64,000 nucleotides of DNA from Chitinophaga pinensis (GTDB lineage Bacteria > Bacteroidota > Bacteroidia > UBA7662), in the NCBI GenBank assembly GCA_945874665.1, contig CAMCHJ010000003.1, positions 12,497 through 76,496 on the forward strand. Reading direction: 5' to 3'. Below, piece by piece: positions 30,105 to 39,646 of the stretch. The notes under the pieces were generated by a model that was not told where the DNA came from, did no database searches, and was given only the letters and a program-made list of their open reading frames with translations. The number at the start of each line of letters is the position of its first letter. Position 1 is the first letter of the stretch. The translations under genes were made by a program, and so were the position numbers.

Positions 30105-30797
30105 TTAATGCTGATTTTTGTCTTCAAATAGCCCTGGTCTGCGCACCTTCGTACGTTCCACGGCTTGTTCGTGCCGCCAATCTTCGATTTTTGCTTCGTG
30201 GCCCGACAAAAGCACTGCTGGAACTTCCCAGCCTTCGTAGTTTGAAGGACGGGTATATGCCGGTGGCGCCACCAAGCCATCTTGAAATGAATCGGATAGG
30301 GCTGAAGTTTCATCGTTGAGCACGCCGGGCAACAACCGCACTACGGAGTCTGCCACAATAGCCGCAGCCAATTCCCCTCCGGTGAGCACATAATTACCAA
30401 CCGAAATTTCCAGGGTGCATAAATGCTGTCGCACCCGTTCATCTACCCCTTTGTAATGTCCGCAGAGCAGAATAAGGTTACCAGTGATGGCTAATTTATT
30501 ACACAAAGCCTGATCTAAAAGCTGTCCATCTGGCGACATATAAATCACTTCGTCGTAATGGCGTTCCGCTTTGAGCTTGTTGATGCACTTGTGAATAGGC
30601 GCAATCATCATTACCATGCCTGCACCGCCGCCATATGGCTGATCGTCGATTTGTCGGTATTTATTCGTGCTGTAGTCGCGCAAGTCGTGCACCACAATCT
30701 CTGCCAAGCCTTTTTCTTGTGCCCGCTTCAAAATGCTGTGCGACACAAAGCTATCTAGCAACTGCGGCACGGCGCTTAGGATATCAATACGCATCAT
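30105..30797 (-). CDS. trmD: tRNA (guanine37-N1)-methyltransferase
   Basis: [38 protein letters not shown]. Confidence 0.97.
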   Translation of the reverse strand: MMRIDILSAVPQLLDSFVSHSILKRAQEKGLAEIVVHDLRDYSTNKYRQIDDQPYGGGAGMVMMIAPIHKCINKLKAERHYDEVIYMSPDGQLLDQALCNKLAITGNLILLCGHYKGVDERVRQHLCTLEISVGNYVLTGGELAAAIVADSVVRLLPGVLNDETSALSDSFQDGLVAPPAYTRPSNYEGWEVPAVLLSGHEAKIEDWRHEQAVERTKVRRPGLFEDKNQH

Positions 30798-31321
30798 GAG
30801 GTGTATACATCTAACAAGCCACCTGGCAATCGCACATGTATGCTTCTCGTCGATTTTTCAACCTTCACCAGGATGTCATCATGCATGGGGCACAGCACCT
30901 CATGGCCTTGGTGGTCAAACTGTAATAAAAATTGCTGTGGCGTTTCGAGCACGCCTGTTACTTCGCCAACAGCGCCTAGTTCTTCATCTATCACCTGCAT
31001 GCCTACCAACTCATGGAAGTAATACTTGTCGTCGGGGAGGTTAGGCAAGGCTTTCAGTGGCAAGTGCACCGTAGCGCCAACCAAATCGGCCGCGCCTTCT
31101 TCGTCATCGATGTCTTCGAATTTCAATAGCACTTGCGTGGCTTTAAAGGCCTTTTGCTTTTGCACTAAAAAAGGGATCAGTTTGCCCTTGATTTCAAGGA
31201 AAACTGATCCCAATTTACTGTAATCCGAAGGTTTGTCAACATCCATTACCATCAGCAGTTCTCCGTTAATGCCGTGAACGCGCTCTAGGTAACCTAGCTC
31301 AAATACTTCGTCGAAAGTCAA
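30794..31321 (-). CDS. rimM: 16S rRNA processing protein
   Basis: [18 protein letters not shown]-barrel C-terminus LPGGLLD; position between rpsP and trmD; TTG start. Confidence 0.93.
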   Translation of the reverse strand: MTFDEVFELGYLERVHGINGELLMVMDVDKPSDYSKLGSVFLEIKGKLIPFLVQKQKAFKATQVLLKFEDIDDEEGAADLVGATVHLPLKALPNLPDDKYYFHELVGMQVIDEELGAVGEVTGVLETPQQFLLQFDHQGHEVLCPMHDDILVKVEKSTRSIHVRLPGGLLDVYTS

Positions 31322-31325
31322 AAGC

Positions 31326-32012
31326 TTATTCGGCTGCGCCTGCTTCTTTCTTTTCTTCTTCTTCGTCCGCTGCAGGTGCTTCTTCAGCTGCTGGAGCTGC
31401 TTCTTCAGCTGCTGGAGCTTCTTCAGCCACTTCCTCAGCTACTGGAGCTTCTTCAACGGCTACTTCTGCTTCTACAACTTCCTCTGCAGCTACTTCCGCA
31501 ACCACTTCAGTTACTTCTTCGGCAGCAGCTTCTTCAGCGGCTTCCTCAGCAACTAGCGTGTTTTTAACCAAAATGGCAGCCGCACGAGCGTCTTTCACTT
31601 TAGCTTCTTGCTCCATAGCAGCTTTTCTGCGCTTCTGATCAGCAGCACTTAGGTTACTCACCTTGGTGTTGATCAAAGTTTCTTTAGAGGCAACCCATGC
31701 TTCAAAGCGCTTTTCAGCTTCTTCCTGCGTGAGGGCTTCTTTTTTTACACCTTCTAACAAGTGCTTCTTTATCAGAACACCTTTGTAAGAAAGGATGGCA
31801 CGACAAGTGTCACTAGGCTGGGCTCCGTTGAAGAGCCATTCTACTGACTTGTCTACATTTAAATCGATGGTTGCCGGATTGGTGTTTGGATTGTATAAAC
31901 CCAAACGCTCAATAAATCTCCCGTCTCTCGGAGCACGTGCATCAGCCACCACAATATGATAGATAGGCTTACCCTTTCTACCATGACGCTGTAATCTAAT
32001 TTTTACTGGCAT
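31326..32012 (-). CDS. rpsP: 30S ribosomal protein bS16 with long acidic C-terminal extension
   Basis: [39 protein letters not shown]. Confidence 0.97.
   Translation of the reverse strand: MPVKIRLQRHGRKGKPIYHIVVADARAPRDGRFIERLGLYNPNTNPATIDLNVDKSVEWLFNGAQPSDTCRAILSYKGVLIKKHLLEGVKKEALTQEEAEKRFEAWVASKETLINTKVSNLSAADQKRRKAAMEQEAKVKDARAAAILVKNTLVAEEAAEEAAAEEVTEVVAEVAAEEVVEAEVAVEEAPVAEEVAEEAPAAEEAAPAAEEAPAADEEEEKKEAGAAE
31378..31419. repeat. two exact tandem copies of a 21-bp unit inside the rpsP tail
   Basis: GCTTCTTCAGCTGCTGGAGCT twice, encoding APAAEEA repeats. Confidence 0.85.
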
Positions 32013-32036
32013 TTAAACGTTGTTTTAAACGAACCG

Positions 32037-32067
32037 CAAAGATAATAGAAAAGCCTAAGTGTGCAAA
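32037..32067 (-). promoter_or_regulatory. primary-sigma promoter for rpsP-rimM-trmD (TTTG-N19-TATCTTTG)
   Basis: Canonical boxes with a 19-nt spacer. Confidence 0.8.
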
Positions 32068-32098
32068 TACTTGGTGAGGATTGTTTGCATACTTAGGC
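32049..32098 (-). terminator. intrinsic terminator after ffh
   Basis: Minus strand GCCTAAGT-A-TGCAAA...TTTGCA-C-ACTTAGGC followed by TTTTCTATT. Confidence 0.7.
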
Positions 32099-32125
32099 AA
32101 TTTATTTTGAGGGGGATGCAGGCTG

Positions 32126-33454
32126 CTAGCGACGCAAACCTGGCATTTTTGGCATTTTGCCCATGCCGCCCATCTGATTCATCTTTTTCATCATGTCGCG
32201 CATATCGCTGAATTGCTTCATCAGTTGATTGACTTGCGTAACGGAGGTGCCAGAACCTTTAGCTAAGCGCTCACGCCGACTGCCATTTAAAAGGTTGGGA
32301 TTGGCGCGCTCGGCAGGGGTCATCGACTGAATGATGGCCTCTACATGTTTAAAGGCGTCGTCGCTAATGTCGATGTCCTTGAGAGCTTTGCCCATACCCG
32401 GTATCATGCCCATCAAATCTTTCAAATTGCCCATTTTTTTGATCTGGCCAATCTGCGAGAGGAAATCGTCAAAGTCGAATTGGTTTTTGCTGATTTTTTT
32501 GTTGATACGAGCAGCTTCCACCTCGTCGATTTGAAGCTGTGCCTTTTCTACCAAACTCACCACGTCGCCCATGCCGAGGATGCGGTTGGCCATGCGGTCG
32601 GGATAAAATACATCCAACGCCTGCATTTTTTCTCCGGTACTCACAAATTTGATGGGCTTACCAACGGTGTAGCTGATGGTAAGGGCAGCGCCACCCCGTG
32701 CATCACCATCTAGCTTGGTAAGCACCACGCCGTCGAAGTTTAAGCGCTCGTTGAAGGCCTTGGCTGTATTTACAGCATCTTGTCCTGTCATGGCATCGAC
32801 CACAAAAAGGGTTTCGCCTGGCTTGATGCTGCGGTGTACAGCCTCAATTTCGTTCATCATCTCCTCATCCACCGCTAGTCGGCCAGCCGTATCCACAATT
32901 ACGATGTCGTAACCTTGGGTTCCGGCGATTTTTATGCCGTTTTCTGCTATTTTGACAGGATTTTTGTTGCCTTCTTCGGTGTAAACGGTTACGCCCACTT
33001 GCTCGGCAAGCACTTGCAATTGGTTGATGGCGGCGGGACGGTAAACGTCGCCGGCAATCAACATAACCTTTTTGCCCTGACCTTTTAATCGGGTTGCAAG
33101 TTTGCCTGTAAAGGTGGTTTTACCTGAACCCTGCAGTCCTGCAATTAAAATAATAGCGGGATTGCCTTTGGTGTTGATATCAACCGATTGCCCACCCATC
33201 AAACGGGTAAGCTCTTCGTTCATGATTTTCACCAATAACTGACCAGGGGAAACGCTTTTGATTACATTTTGTCCTAGCGCCTTGGTTTTTACCGTGTCGG
33301 TAAATTCTTTGGCAATTTTATAGTTGACGTCGGCATCCAAAAGGGCGCGACGAATTTCCTTCATGGTTTCCGAAATGTTGGTTTCGGTGATGCGGCCTTC
33401 GCCTTTGAGGACCTTAAACGCGGATTCTAATCTATCGGTAAGTTTTTCAAACAT
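32126..33454 (-). CDS. ffh: signal recognition particle protein
   Basis: GLQGSGKTT, DTAGR, TKLDGDARGG, RILGMGD, Met-rich M domain. Confidence 0.98.
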   Translation of the reverse strand: MFEKLTDRLESAFKVLKGEGRITETNISETMKEIRRALLDADVNYKIAKEFTDTVKTKALGQNVIKSVSPGQLLVKIMNEELTRLMGGQSVDINTKGNPAIILIAGLQGSGKTTFTGKLATRLKGQGKKVMLIAGDVYRPAAINQLQVLAEQVGVTVYTEEGNKNPVKIAENGIKIAGTQGYDIVIVDTAGRLAVDEEMMNEIEAVHRSIKPGETLFVVDAMTGQDAVNTAKAFNERLNFDGVVLTKLDGDARGGAALTISYTVGKPIKFVSTGEKMQALDVFYPDRMANRILGMGDVVSLVEKAQLQIDEVEAARINKKISKNQFDFDDFLSQIGQIKKMGNLKDLMGMIPGMGKALKDIDISDDAFKHVEAIIQSMTPAERANPNLLNGSRRERLAKGSGTSVTQVNQLMKQFSDMRDMMKKMNQMGGMGKMPKMPGLRR

Positions 33455-33473
33455 CTTGCTGCAATATGAGGTG

Positions 33474-33481
33474 CAAAAATA
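33474..33481 (-). promoter_or_regulatory. -7 promoter box for ffh
   Basis: TATTTTTGCA 19 nt upstream of the ATG. Confidence 0.6.
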
Positions 33482-33536
33482 AGGAATTGTTTTCCAAAGC
33501 CATCCACATAGCGGGAGGGTTTAGGGGTATAACAAC

Positions 33537-33568
33537 ATAAAAGCCGCTTCTGTTGAAGGAAGCGGCTT
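33537..33568 (-). terminator. intrinsic terminator after the sigma factor gene
   Basis: AAGCCGCTTC-N8-GAAGCGGCTT with a TTTTAT tail on the minus strand. Confidence 0.8.
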
Positions 33569-33585
33569 GATGTCGTTTAGGCATT

Positions 33586-34449
33586 TTAGCCTAAATAAGA
33601 TTTGAGCATTTTGCTGCGTGAGGTGTGGCGCAAACGCTTAAGAGCTTTGTCTTTAATTTGACGAACGCGTTCTCGGGTGAGGTCAAACTTTTCGCCAATA
33701 TCCTCAAGCGACATGCCATGGTCCATGCCAATGCCAAAGTATAGCTTAATTACCTCGCGCTGACGCTCAGTAAGGGTAGCCAATGAACGGTCGATTTCGT
33801 TAGCAAGCGACTCTTGCATTAAAATGCCATCGCTTTTGGGCGCATCTTCGTTGATGAGTACGTCGAGCAAGGTATTTTCTTCTCCTTGAACGAAAGGCGC
33901 ATCCATAGAAATGTGGCGACCGCTGATGTTCAAAGTGCTTTCCACCTCGTCGGTCGATACCTCCAACATTTCTGCAAGTTCTTCTACAGATGGGTCACGC
34001 TCATATTGCTGCTCGAGCTGTGAGAAGGCTTTACCAATCTTATTCAAGGAGCCCACACGGTTCAAGGGGAGACGTACGATGCGGGAATGCTCGGCCAAAG
34101 CCTGCAAAATCGACTGACGAATCCACCAAACGGCGTATGAAATAAATTTAAAACCACGGGTTTCGTCAAAGCGCTTGGCGGCTTTAATCAAGCCTAAATT
34201 GCCTTCGTTGATCAAATCACTTAAGGTTAAACCCTGGTTTTGATATTGCTTAGCTACAGAAACCACAAAGCGCAAGTTGGCTTTGGTGAGCTTTTCGAGC
34301 GCGCGCTGATCGCCTTCACGTATCTTTTTAGCTAAAATCACTTCCTCTTCCGGGGTAATTAAATCCACCTTACCAATTTCTTGCAGATACTTTTCAAGTG
34401 ACTGACTTTCGCGGTTGGTGATCGATTTGGTGATTTTTAACTGACGCAT
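33586..34449 (-). CDS. rpoD: primary sigma-70 factor, short Bacteroidota type (no region 1.1)
   Basis: [15 protein letters not shown] start, [42 protein letters not shown]; 287 aa. Confidence 0.95.
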   Translation of the reverse strand: MRQLKITKSITNRESQSLEKYLQEIGKVDLITPEEEVILAKKIREGDQRALEKLTKANLRFVVSVAKQYQNQGLTLSDLINEGNLGLIKAAKRFDETRGFKFISYAVWWIRQSILQALAEHSRIVRLPLNRVGSLNKIGKAFSQLEQQYERDPSVEELAEMLEVSTDEVESTLNISGRHISMDAPFVQGEENTLLDVLINEDAPKSDGILMQESLANEIDRSLATLTERQREVIKLYFGIGMDHGMSLEDIGEKFDLTRERVRQIKDKALKRLRHTSRSKMLKSYLG

Positions 34450-34507
34450 ACGTTTGTTTAAAAATGAAATGAATGGCTAGAGAACAGGCTGTATTCTTGC
34501 GAAAGTG

Positions 34508-34515
34508 CAAAGGTA
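34508..34515 (-). promoter_or_regulatory. -7 promoter box for rpoD
   Basis: TACCTTTGCA on the minus strand. Confidence 0.6.
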
Positions 34516-34604
34516 TAAATTATTTTGCGCTATAAAAAGTTCATTTTACTGATAATGAATGAATAACATAAACCAATGTGCTTTTATTTTGTTTAGAAAG
34601 ACAT

Positions 34605-34612
34605 TAAGTTTG
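34605..34612 (+). promoter_or_regulatory. -7 promoter box for the DUF2452 gene (possibly leaderless)
   Basis: TAAGTTTG-TTAC-ATG. Confidence 0.6.
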
Positions 34613-34616
34613 TTAC

Positions 34617-35102
34617 ATGTCACTAGAAGAAGTTAAAGAGAAGCAATATTATACAGGTAATCAGGCCTTTGCGCCAATTCCATTACACGTAGGCTCTGCT
34701 ATCATTCGTCCCATCGATAAAGGAAAGCTCAAGGTTACGGCGCTCGAAACCGTAGAAAAACAAGCCAATCAACAAATTTCTATGCTCAAAAAGCAGGCGG
34801 AGCTCATTATGCAGCAAGTGCGTGAGATTGAAATTCGAGTGAGGATTGCCGAAGAGATATATACAGCCGACATTAGTTTTGAGCCAGTGATTGGTAATGA
34901 TTACCACTTATATGAGAAAAAGTCGGGCGACCGGGTGCTCTCCATGCTGTCACCAGCCGATTGGGGTAAGAAAATCCCATTCGAAAAATTTGTAGCCAGC
35001 GTTAAGCTCCTAGGCGACCGCACCTGGGAGGTGCTGGAAGTTGGGGCAGGTTTTAATGCCCAGCAGGAACAAACGGCCGAAACTACTTATACCGAAGCCT
35101 AG
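34617..35102 (+). CDS. DUF2452-family protein
   Basis: VGSAII.P, coiled segment, FEPVIG..YHLY, LSMLSP.DW, V.L.GD.TW pattern. Confidence 0.7.
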   Translation: MSLEEVKEKQYYTGNQAFAPIPLHVGSAIIRPIDKGKLKVTALETVEKQANQQISMLKKQAELIMQQVREIEIRVRIAEEIYTADISFEPVIGNDYHLYEKKSGDRVLSMLSPADWGKKIPFEKFVASVKLLGDRTWEVLEVGAGFNAQQEQTAETTYTEA

Positions 35103-35169
35103 TACTTAGGCGTCTGATGAATGGACTGCTATAAACAGCATGCGCCTTTCATCCGCTGATTGTTTAGAA

Positions 35170-35208
35170 ATAAAAAAGCCGAACGTGTTGAACGTTCGGC
35201 TTTTTTAT
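35170..35208. terminator. bidirectional intrinsic terminator
   Basis: ATAAAAAAGCCGAACGT-GTTGA-ACGTTCGGCTTTTTTAT perfect inverted repeat. Confidence 0.92.
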
Positions 35209-35225
35209 ATCGTAATGCCTTGCTA

Positions 35226-35357
35226 TTAAGCTTCTGTAGCTACTTCAGCATTTTCGTTTTTGTAACTGCCAAGGGTTGTTTTTTTCAAGCCTTGGTTGCG
35301 GAGCCTAGACCTGGTTTTGTTCTTGGCGGCTTTTCTTTTGATTTTAGTAACGCCCAT
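35226..35357 (-). CDS. small basic protein, 43 aa (MGVTKIKRKAAKNKTRSRLRNQGLKKTTLGSYKNENAEVATEA); not in the ORF track
   Basis: ATG-to-TAA ORF with an A-rich initiation region, its own canonical promoter and a terminator 17 nt after the stop. Confidence 0.82.
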   Translation of the reverse strand: MGVTKIKRKAAKNKTRSRLRNQGLKKTTLGSYKNENAEVATEA

Positions 35358-35376
35358 GGTTTTTTCTTTAAGGCTG

Positions 35377-35407
35377 CAAATATATCATTAACAAACGTGA
35401 ACTCAAA
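35377..35407 (-). promoter_or_regulatory. primary-sigma promoter for the small basic protein gene (TTTG-N19-TATATTTG)
   Basis: Both boxes perfect, 19-nt spacer, followed by CA as in the rplS promoter. Confidence 0.8.
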
Positions 35408-36790
35408 TTAATATCCAAGAATTTTTAAAACCTGTTTACTGCTTTGTTCTTCTTGGAAGAGTTGGTAGTCGAGGTTGTTGTCTTTGGTTTTTCTGATCAA
35501 CACGTGCCGCGGCGTAGGAATGAGGCAGTGGTGAATTCCGCCGGTGCCGCTAAGCGTTTCTTGATAGGCACCGGTATGGAAGAAGGCCAAATACTGGGCT
35601 TTCCTCGTTTTAGGCATCCAGGTTGACGCGTTATTTTGTTCTGTTTTATAAAAATCTAAACCATCACAAGTAATCCCGCCGAGGTTTACGCGCTCGTATT
35701 CCGAATCCCAGTTGTTTAATGGCAGCACAATAAAGCGCTGGTTCATGGCCCATACGTCAGGTAACATGGTGATTAAACTGCCATCCACCATTAACCACTT
35801 TTCGCGGTCGTTTTGCTGCTTGCGGCCCAATACCTTAAATATGATACCAGAAGCCTCTGCCACCGTATAGCTGCCAAATTCTGTGATGATGTCTGGCTCA
35901 GGTACGTCGTTTTCGTTGCAAATCGTTTTAATGCGATTTACTATTTCCCCAATCATGTACTCGTAGTCGTAGTCGAATTCAAGGGTGTTTTTAAACGGCA
36001 ACCCGCCACCAATGTCGAGGGCGTGCAAATCGGGACAAATTTTCTTCAGCTTCACGTAAGTCGTCACCAACTTCTCGAGTTCGTTCCAAAAGTGCGGGGT
36101 ATCGTTAAAGCCTGAACTCACAAAGAAGTGAAGCAGCTTCAACTTAAAACGATCGTCGTCTTTGATTTTACTTTGGTAAAAATCCACTATTTCATCCGCC
36201 CTAATGCCTAAACGCGAAGTGTAGAAAGGATAATCGGGTTTCTCTTCAGCCGACAAACGGATGCCCACGCTGATGGGTATCTCCACTTCGTTGTCGTAAT
36301 AGTTAAACTCTTCTTTGTTATCAAGGATAGGAATGATGTTGTGAAAACCATCATGAATCAAATCCACAATGTTCTCTTTGTAGCTGTCTTTTTTGAAGCC
36401 ATTACAAATAACCATGATGTCCTTGGTAATCATGCCTTTTCGCTCTAAAGCCTCAATGATGGGCATATCAAAGGCCGAAGAGGTCTCGAGCTGGATGTCA
36501 TTAGAGAGCGCTTCTTCTAAAATATGCTTGAAATGCGAGCTCTTGGTGCAGTAGCAGTAGGTGTAAGTTCCCTGATAATTATGCTTTTTGAAGGCATCGT
36601 TAAAAAGCTTTTTAGCCTTCTGAATTTTCCGAGAAATTAATGGTAGATAGGTGAAACGCAGGGGAGTACCAAAGGTTTCTCCTAGTTCCATCAGGTTGAT
36701 ATCATGGAAATACAACTCATCATCGATGAGTTTCCAGCCTTCCTGGGGGAATCCGACACTTAAGTCGAGGAATTCTGCATAACTTTGCAT
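35408..36790 (-). CDS. speA: arginine decarboxylase (fold III PLP, Bacteroidota type)
   Basis: YCYCTKSSHF (PLP lysine), ICNGFK, SRLGIR, DIGGG, GGITCDG, FHTGAYQE; start MQSYAEF. Confidence 0.9.
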   Translation of the reverse strand: MQSYAEFLDLSVGFPQEGWKLIDDELYFHDINLMELGETFGTPLRFTYLPLISRKIQKAKKLFNDAFKKHNYQGTYTYCYCTKSSHFKHILEEALSNDIQLETSSAFDMPIIEALERKGMITKDIMVICNGFKKDSYKENIVDLIHDGFHNIIPILDNKEEFNYYDNEVEIPISVGIRLSAEEKPDYPFYTSRLGIRADEIVDFYQSKIKDDDRFKLKLLHFFVSSGFNDTPHFWNELEKLVTTYVKLKKICPDLHALDIGGGLPFKNTLEFDYDYEYMIGEIVNRIKTICNENDVPEPDIITEFGSYTVAEASGIIFKVLGRKQQNDREKWLMVDGSLITMLPDVWAMNQRFIVLPLNNWDSEYERVNLGGITCDGLDFYKTEQNNASTWMPKTRKAQYLAFFHTGAYQETLSGTGGIHHCLIPTPRHVLIRKTKDNNLDYQLFQEEQSSKQVLKILGY

Positions 36791-36814
36791 GGGCCTTAAC
36801 GCTAAATTTTGTCG

Positions 36815-36822
36815 CAAAGTTA
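36815..36822 (-). promoter_or_regulatory. -7 promoter box for speA
   Basis: TAACTTTGCG on the minus strand, 24 nt before the ATG. Confidence 0.6.
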
Positions 36823-36849
36823 GGTTATTCAGCCCATTAATACACGATT

Positions 36850-37806
36850 ATGTCAGAATTAGTCCTTATTGAAGTTAAATCAGAATTAGGTGCAGGCACC
36901 CGCGGCGCAAGTTTGGGGGTGGATGCCATTAAAATTGCTGCCCACGACTTTGCATCCAAGTTTTTTCTCAAGATCGATCGCTTGGAAGTTGCCCATAAAA
37001 ACGAATTGTTGTACGAGCCAGTGCGCACGCCATTTGCGCGTTATGCCGAAGGCATTCACGAAGTACTGCAAAATGTGGCCAATACTGTGGCGGGTACTAT
37101 CAAAGAAGGCAAGTATCCTATTGTATTGGCGGGTGACCACAGTACAGCGGCAGGTACCATTTCGGGTATCAAAATGGCCCATCCCAAAAAGCGGTTGGGC
37201 GTGATTTGGGTAGATGCCCATGCGGATTTACATTCTCCTTTCACTACGCCATCTGGCAATATGCATGGCATGCCTTTAGCAATGGTTACCGCTGAGGACA
37301 ATACCGAGTGCAAATCGAATGAACCAGATGAAAAAACACTGGTACTTTGGAATAAAATCAAAGGCATTGGCGGTATAACGCCGAAGGTGCAGCCTGAAGA
37401 TATTGTATTTATTGCCGTACGAGATATAGAACCACAAGAGGCATTTCTCATGAAGAAGCACAACATGAAAAATTTCAGCGTGGTCGATGTGCGGAAAAGA
37501 GGGGTAGAGAAAGTGGCTTTTGAAGCCCTGACTTCGCTGGAGAAGTGCGATATCATTTATGTTTCGTTTGACGTAGATAGCATGGACCCGAAAGTAAGCA
37601 TGGGCACCGGAACGCCAGTGCCAAGCGGTATCAACGAGCGGGAAGCTGGCAAACTGCTGCAAAATTTAGTAAGCAGTACCAAAGTAGTTTGTTTTGAGAT
37701 GGTGGAAGTAAATCCAACCCTCGATAAAGAGAACCTCATGGCTGAAAACGCCTTCGAAATTTTAGTGAAAGTATCTAATTCTATTTCTAACCAGTCTACC
37801 TTTTAG
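36850..37806 (+). CDS. rocF: arginase
   Basis: GDHS, DAHADLH, TPSGNMHGMP, SFDVDSMDP, GTGTP, EVNPTLD. Confidence 0.93.
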   Translation: MSELVLIEVKSELGAGTRGASLGVDAIKIAAHDFASKFFLKIDRLEVAHKNELLYEPVRTPFARYAEGIHEVLQNVANTVAGTIKEGKYPIVLAGDHSTAAGTISGIKMAHPKKRLGVIWVDAHADLHSPFTTPSGNMHGMPLAMVTAEDNTECKSNEPDEKTLVLWNKIKGIGGITPKVQPEDIVFIAVRDIEPQEAFLMKKHNMKNFSVVDVRKRGVEKVAFEALTSLEKCDIIYVSFDVDSMDPKVSMGTGTPVPSGINEREAGKLLQNLVSSTKVVCFEMVEVNPTLDKENLMAENAFEILVKVSNSISNQSTF

Positions 37807-37811
37807 AACGT

Positions 37812-39599
37812 ATGAGTTTGCATGAAAAGCTGATATCTGAATCAATCGGAAAATACGTTTATAATAAATACCAAGTATCTAATGAGGACTTAAACCTCCT
37901 GTTTCAACAAACTCGGAAGGAGTTTGAAGGGGATGTGACTTTGGTGATTTTTGGATTGACCAAATTGCTGAAGTTAACGCCTCCGGCCTTGGGTGCGGAG
38001 CTCGATGAGGTGCTTACGGCCATTGAGTTTGAGGGGGCATGCTTGGTGCGATCTACCAATTTAGTGCAGGGCTTTCTGAACATCAGCTTAAGCGATGCCT
38101 ATTGGCTAAGTCGTTTGAAAGCTAATCGCCTAGAGCTGCCAAAAACGGGTAAAAGAACCGTTGTGGAGTATTCTTCTCCCAACACAAATAAGCCATTGCA
38201 CCTTGGCCATATTCGCAATAATTTACTCGGGCATTCGGTGAGTAGAATTTTACAAGCCGCTGGTGATGAAGTTGTTAAAGTGCAAATAATCAACGACCGT
38301 GGCATCCACATTTGCAAATCGATGGTGGCTTGGCAAAAGTTAGGTAAAGGCGAAACGCCTGAAAGCACTGGCTTAAAAGGCGACCACTTGGTAGGTAAGT
38401 ATTACGTAGCGTATGACAAAGTTTATCGGGAAGAAGTCGCCCAACTCCTTGCCAAAGGTGTAAGCGAAGAGGAAGCCAAGGCCAATGCGCCCATCTTGCA
38501 AGAAGCTCAAACCATGTTGCGCCAATGGGAAGCTGGTGATGCCGGCGTGAAGGCGCTTTGGGAAACCATGAATAACTGGGTTTATAGCGGTTTTAATGCC
38601 ACTTATGAGCGTTTGGGGGTGAGCTTTGATAAAAATTACTACGAATCTAACACCTATTTGCTCGGCAAAGACAAGGTACTTGAAGGCCTTAAAAAAGATG
38701 TATTCTACCGCAAAGAAGATGGCTCGGTATGGGCTGATTTAACAGCGGCTAAGCTCGATCAGAAGGTGGTTTTGCGCAGTGATGGTACCTCGGTATACAT
38801 GACCCAAGACATTGGAACGGCCATTGAGCGTTATCAGGAATGGCAAATGGACCAGACCATTTATGTGGTTGGGAATGAGCAAGACTACCATTTTAAGGTG
38901 CTCTTTATTATCCTTGATCGGTTAGGCTACGACTGGGCCAAACAATGCTACCATTTATCGTATGGCATGGTAGATTTACCAAGTGGTAAAATGAAGTCAC
39001 GCGAGGGCACCGTGGTTGATGCCGATGAATTGATAAACGAAGTAATTGCTGGGGCTCGTGAAAAAACCTTGGCACTAGGTAAGCTGGATACGAGTTCTAC
39101 TGCCGAACAGGAGGCTTTATTTGCCCAGATTGGCCTAGGTGCCTTGAAATACTTCATTTTAAAGGTTGATCCGCAGAAAAGAATGCTCTTTAATCCTGAA
39201 GAATCGATTGATTTGAACGGGAATACAGGTCCTTTCATTCAATACAGCCATGCACGCATTCGATCAATTTTGCGGAAAGCAGAGGCCTTGAATTTGTTGC
39301 CTGCAGCCCCTTGGACACAGCCTGAAACCTTAGAGCCAACAGAACGCGTGTTGATTCAGCACCTCGTGGGTTACAGCGCTGTGGTACTAGAGGCAAGGGA
39401 TAAATTGAGTCCAGCCGTGGTATGTCAATATGCCTACGACTTGGCTACTACCTTTAATCGCTTTTACCACGAATGTCACATTTTAAACGAGGAAAGAGCT
39501 GAAATCAAGCTATTTCGTTTGAATTTGGTGGGTTTAACGGCAGATGCTTTGAAACAAGCCTTGTACCTGATTGGCGTAGAGGCACCAGAGCGGATGTAA
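37812..39599 (+). CDS. argS: arginine--tRNA ligase
   Basis: EYSSPNTNKPLHLGH, KMKSREG, GNTGPFIQYSHAR, C-terminal PERM. Confidence 0.97.
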   Translation: MSLHEKLISESIGKYVYNKYQVSNEDLNLLFQQTRKEFEGDVTLVIFGLTKLLKLTPPALGAELDEVLTAIEFEGACLVRSTNLVQGFLNISLSDAYWLSRLKANRLELPKTGKRTVVEYSSPNTNKPLHLGHIRNNLLGHSVSRILQAAGDEVVKVQIINDRGIHICKSMVAWQKLGKGETPESTGLKGDHLVGKYYVAYDKVYREEVAQLLAKGVSEEEAKANAPILQEAQTMLRQWEAGDAGVKALWETMNNWVYSGFNATYERLGVSFDKNYYESNTYLLGKDKVLEGLKKDVFYRKEDGSVWADLTAAKLDQKVVLRSDGTSVYMTQDIGTAIERYQEWQMDQTIYVVGNEQDYHFKVLFIILDRLGYDWAKQCYHLSYGMVDLPSGKMKSREGTVVDADELINEVIAGAREKTLALGKLDTSSTAEQEALFAQIGLGALKYFILKVDPQKRMLFNPEESIDLNGNTGPFIQYSHARIRSILRKAEALNLLPAAPWTQPETLEPTERVLIQHLVGYSAVVLEARDKLSPAVVCQYAYDLATTFNRFYHECHILNEERAEIKLFRLNLVGLTADALKQALYLIGVEAPERM

Positions 39600-39619
39600 A
39601 GCCTACACTTTTAAAAATG

Positions 39620-39646
39620 AAATCCCGCTTCTGGCGGGATTTTTTT
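39620..39646 (+). terminator. intrinsic terminator after argS (probably bidirectional)
   Basis: AAATCCCGC-TTCTG-GCGGGATTTTTTT. Confidence 0.85.

Noticed and set aside
31378-31520. CRISPR-like or mobile repeat
   Set aside because: The repeats are in-frame codon repeats of the rpsP Glu/Ala tail with no unique spacers
35160-35411. 83-aa plus-strand ORF from the track
   Set aside because: It runs through a strong terminator and is the antisense shadow of the better-supported 43-aa minus-strand gene
37056-37556. 166-aa antisense ORF inside arginase, and the many other 60-145 aa overlapping ORFs in the track
   Set aside because: They lie opposite or out of frame to well-identified genes and show the Ser/Pro/Met-rich composition expected of reverse-frame shadows
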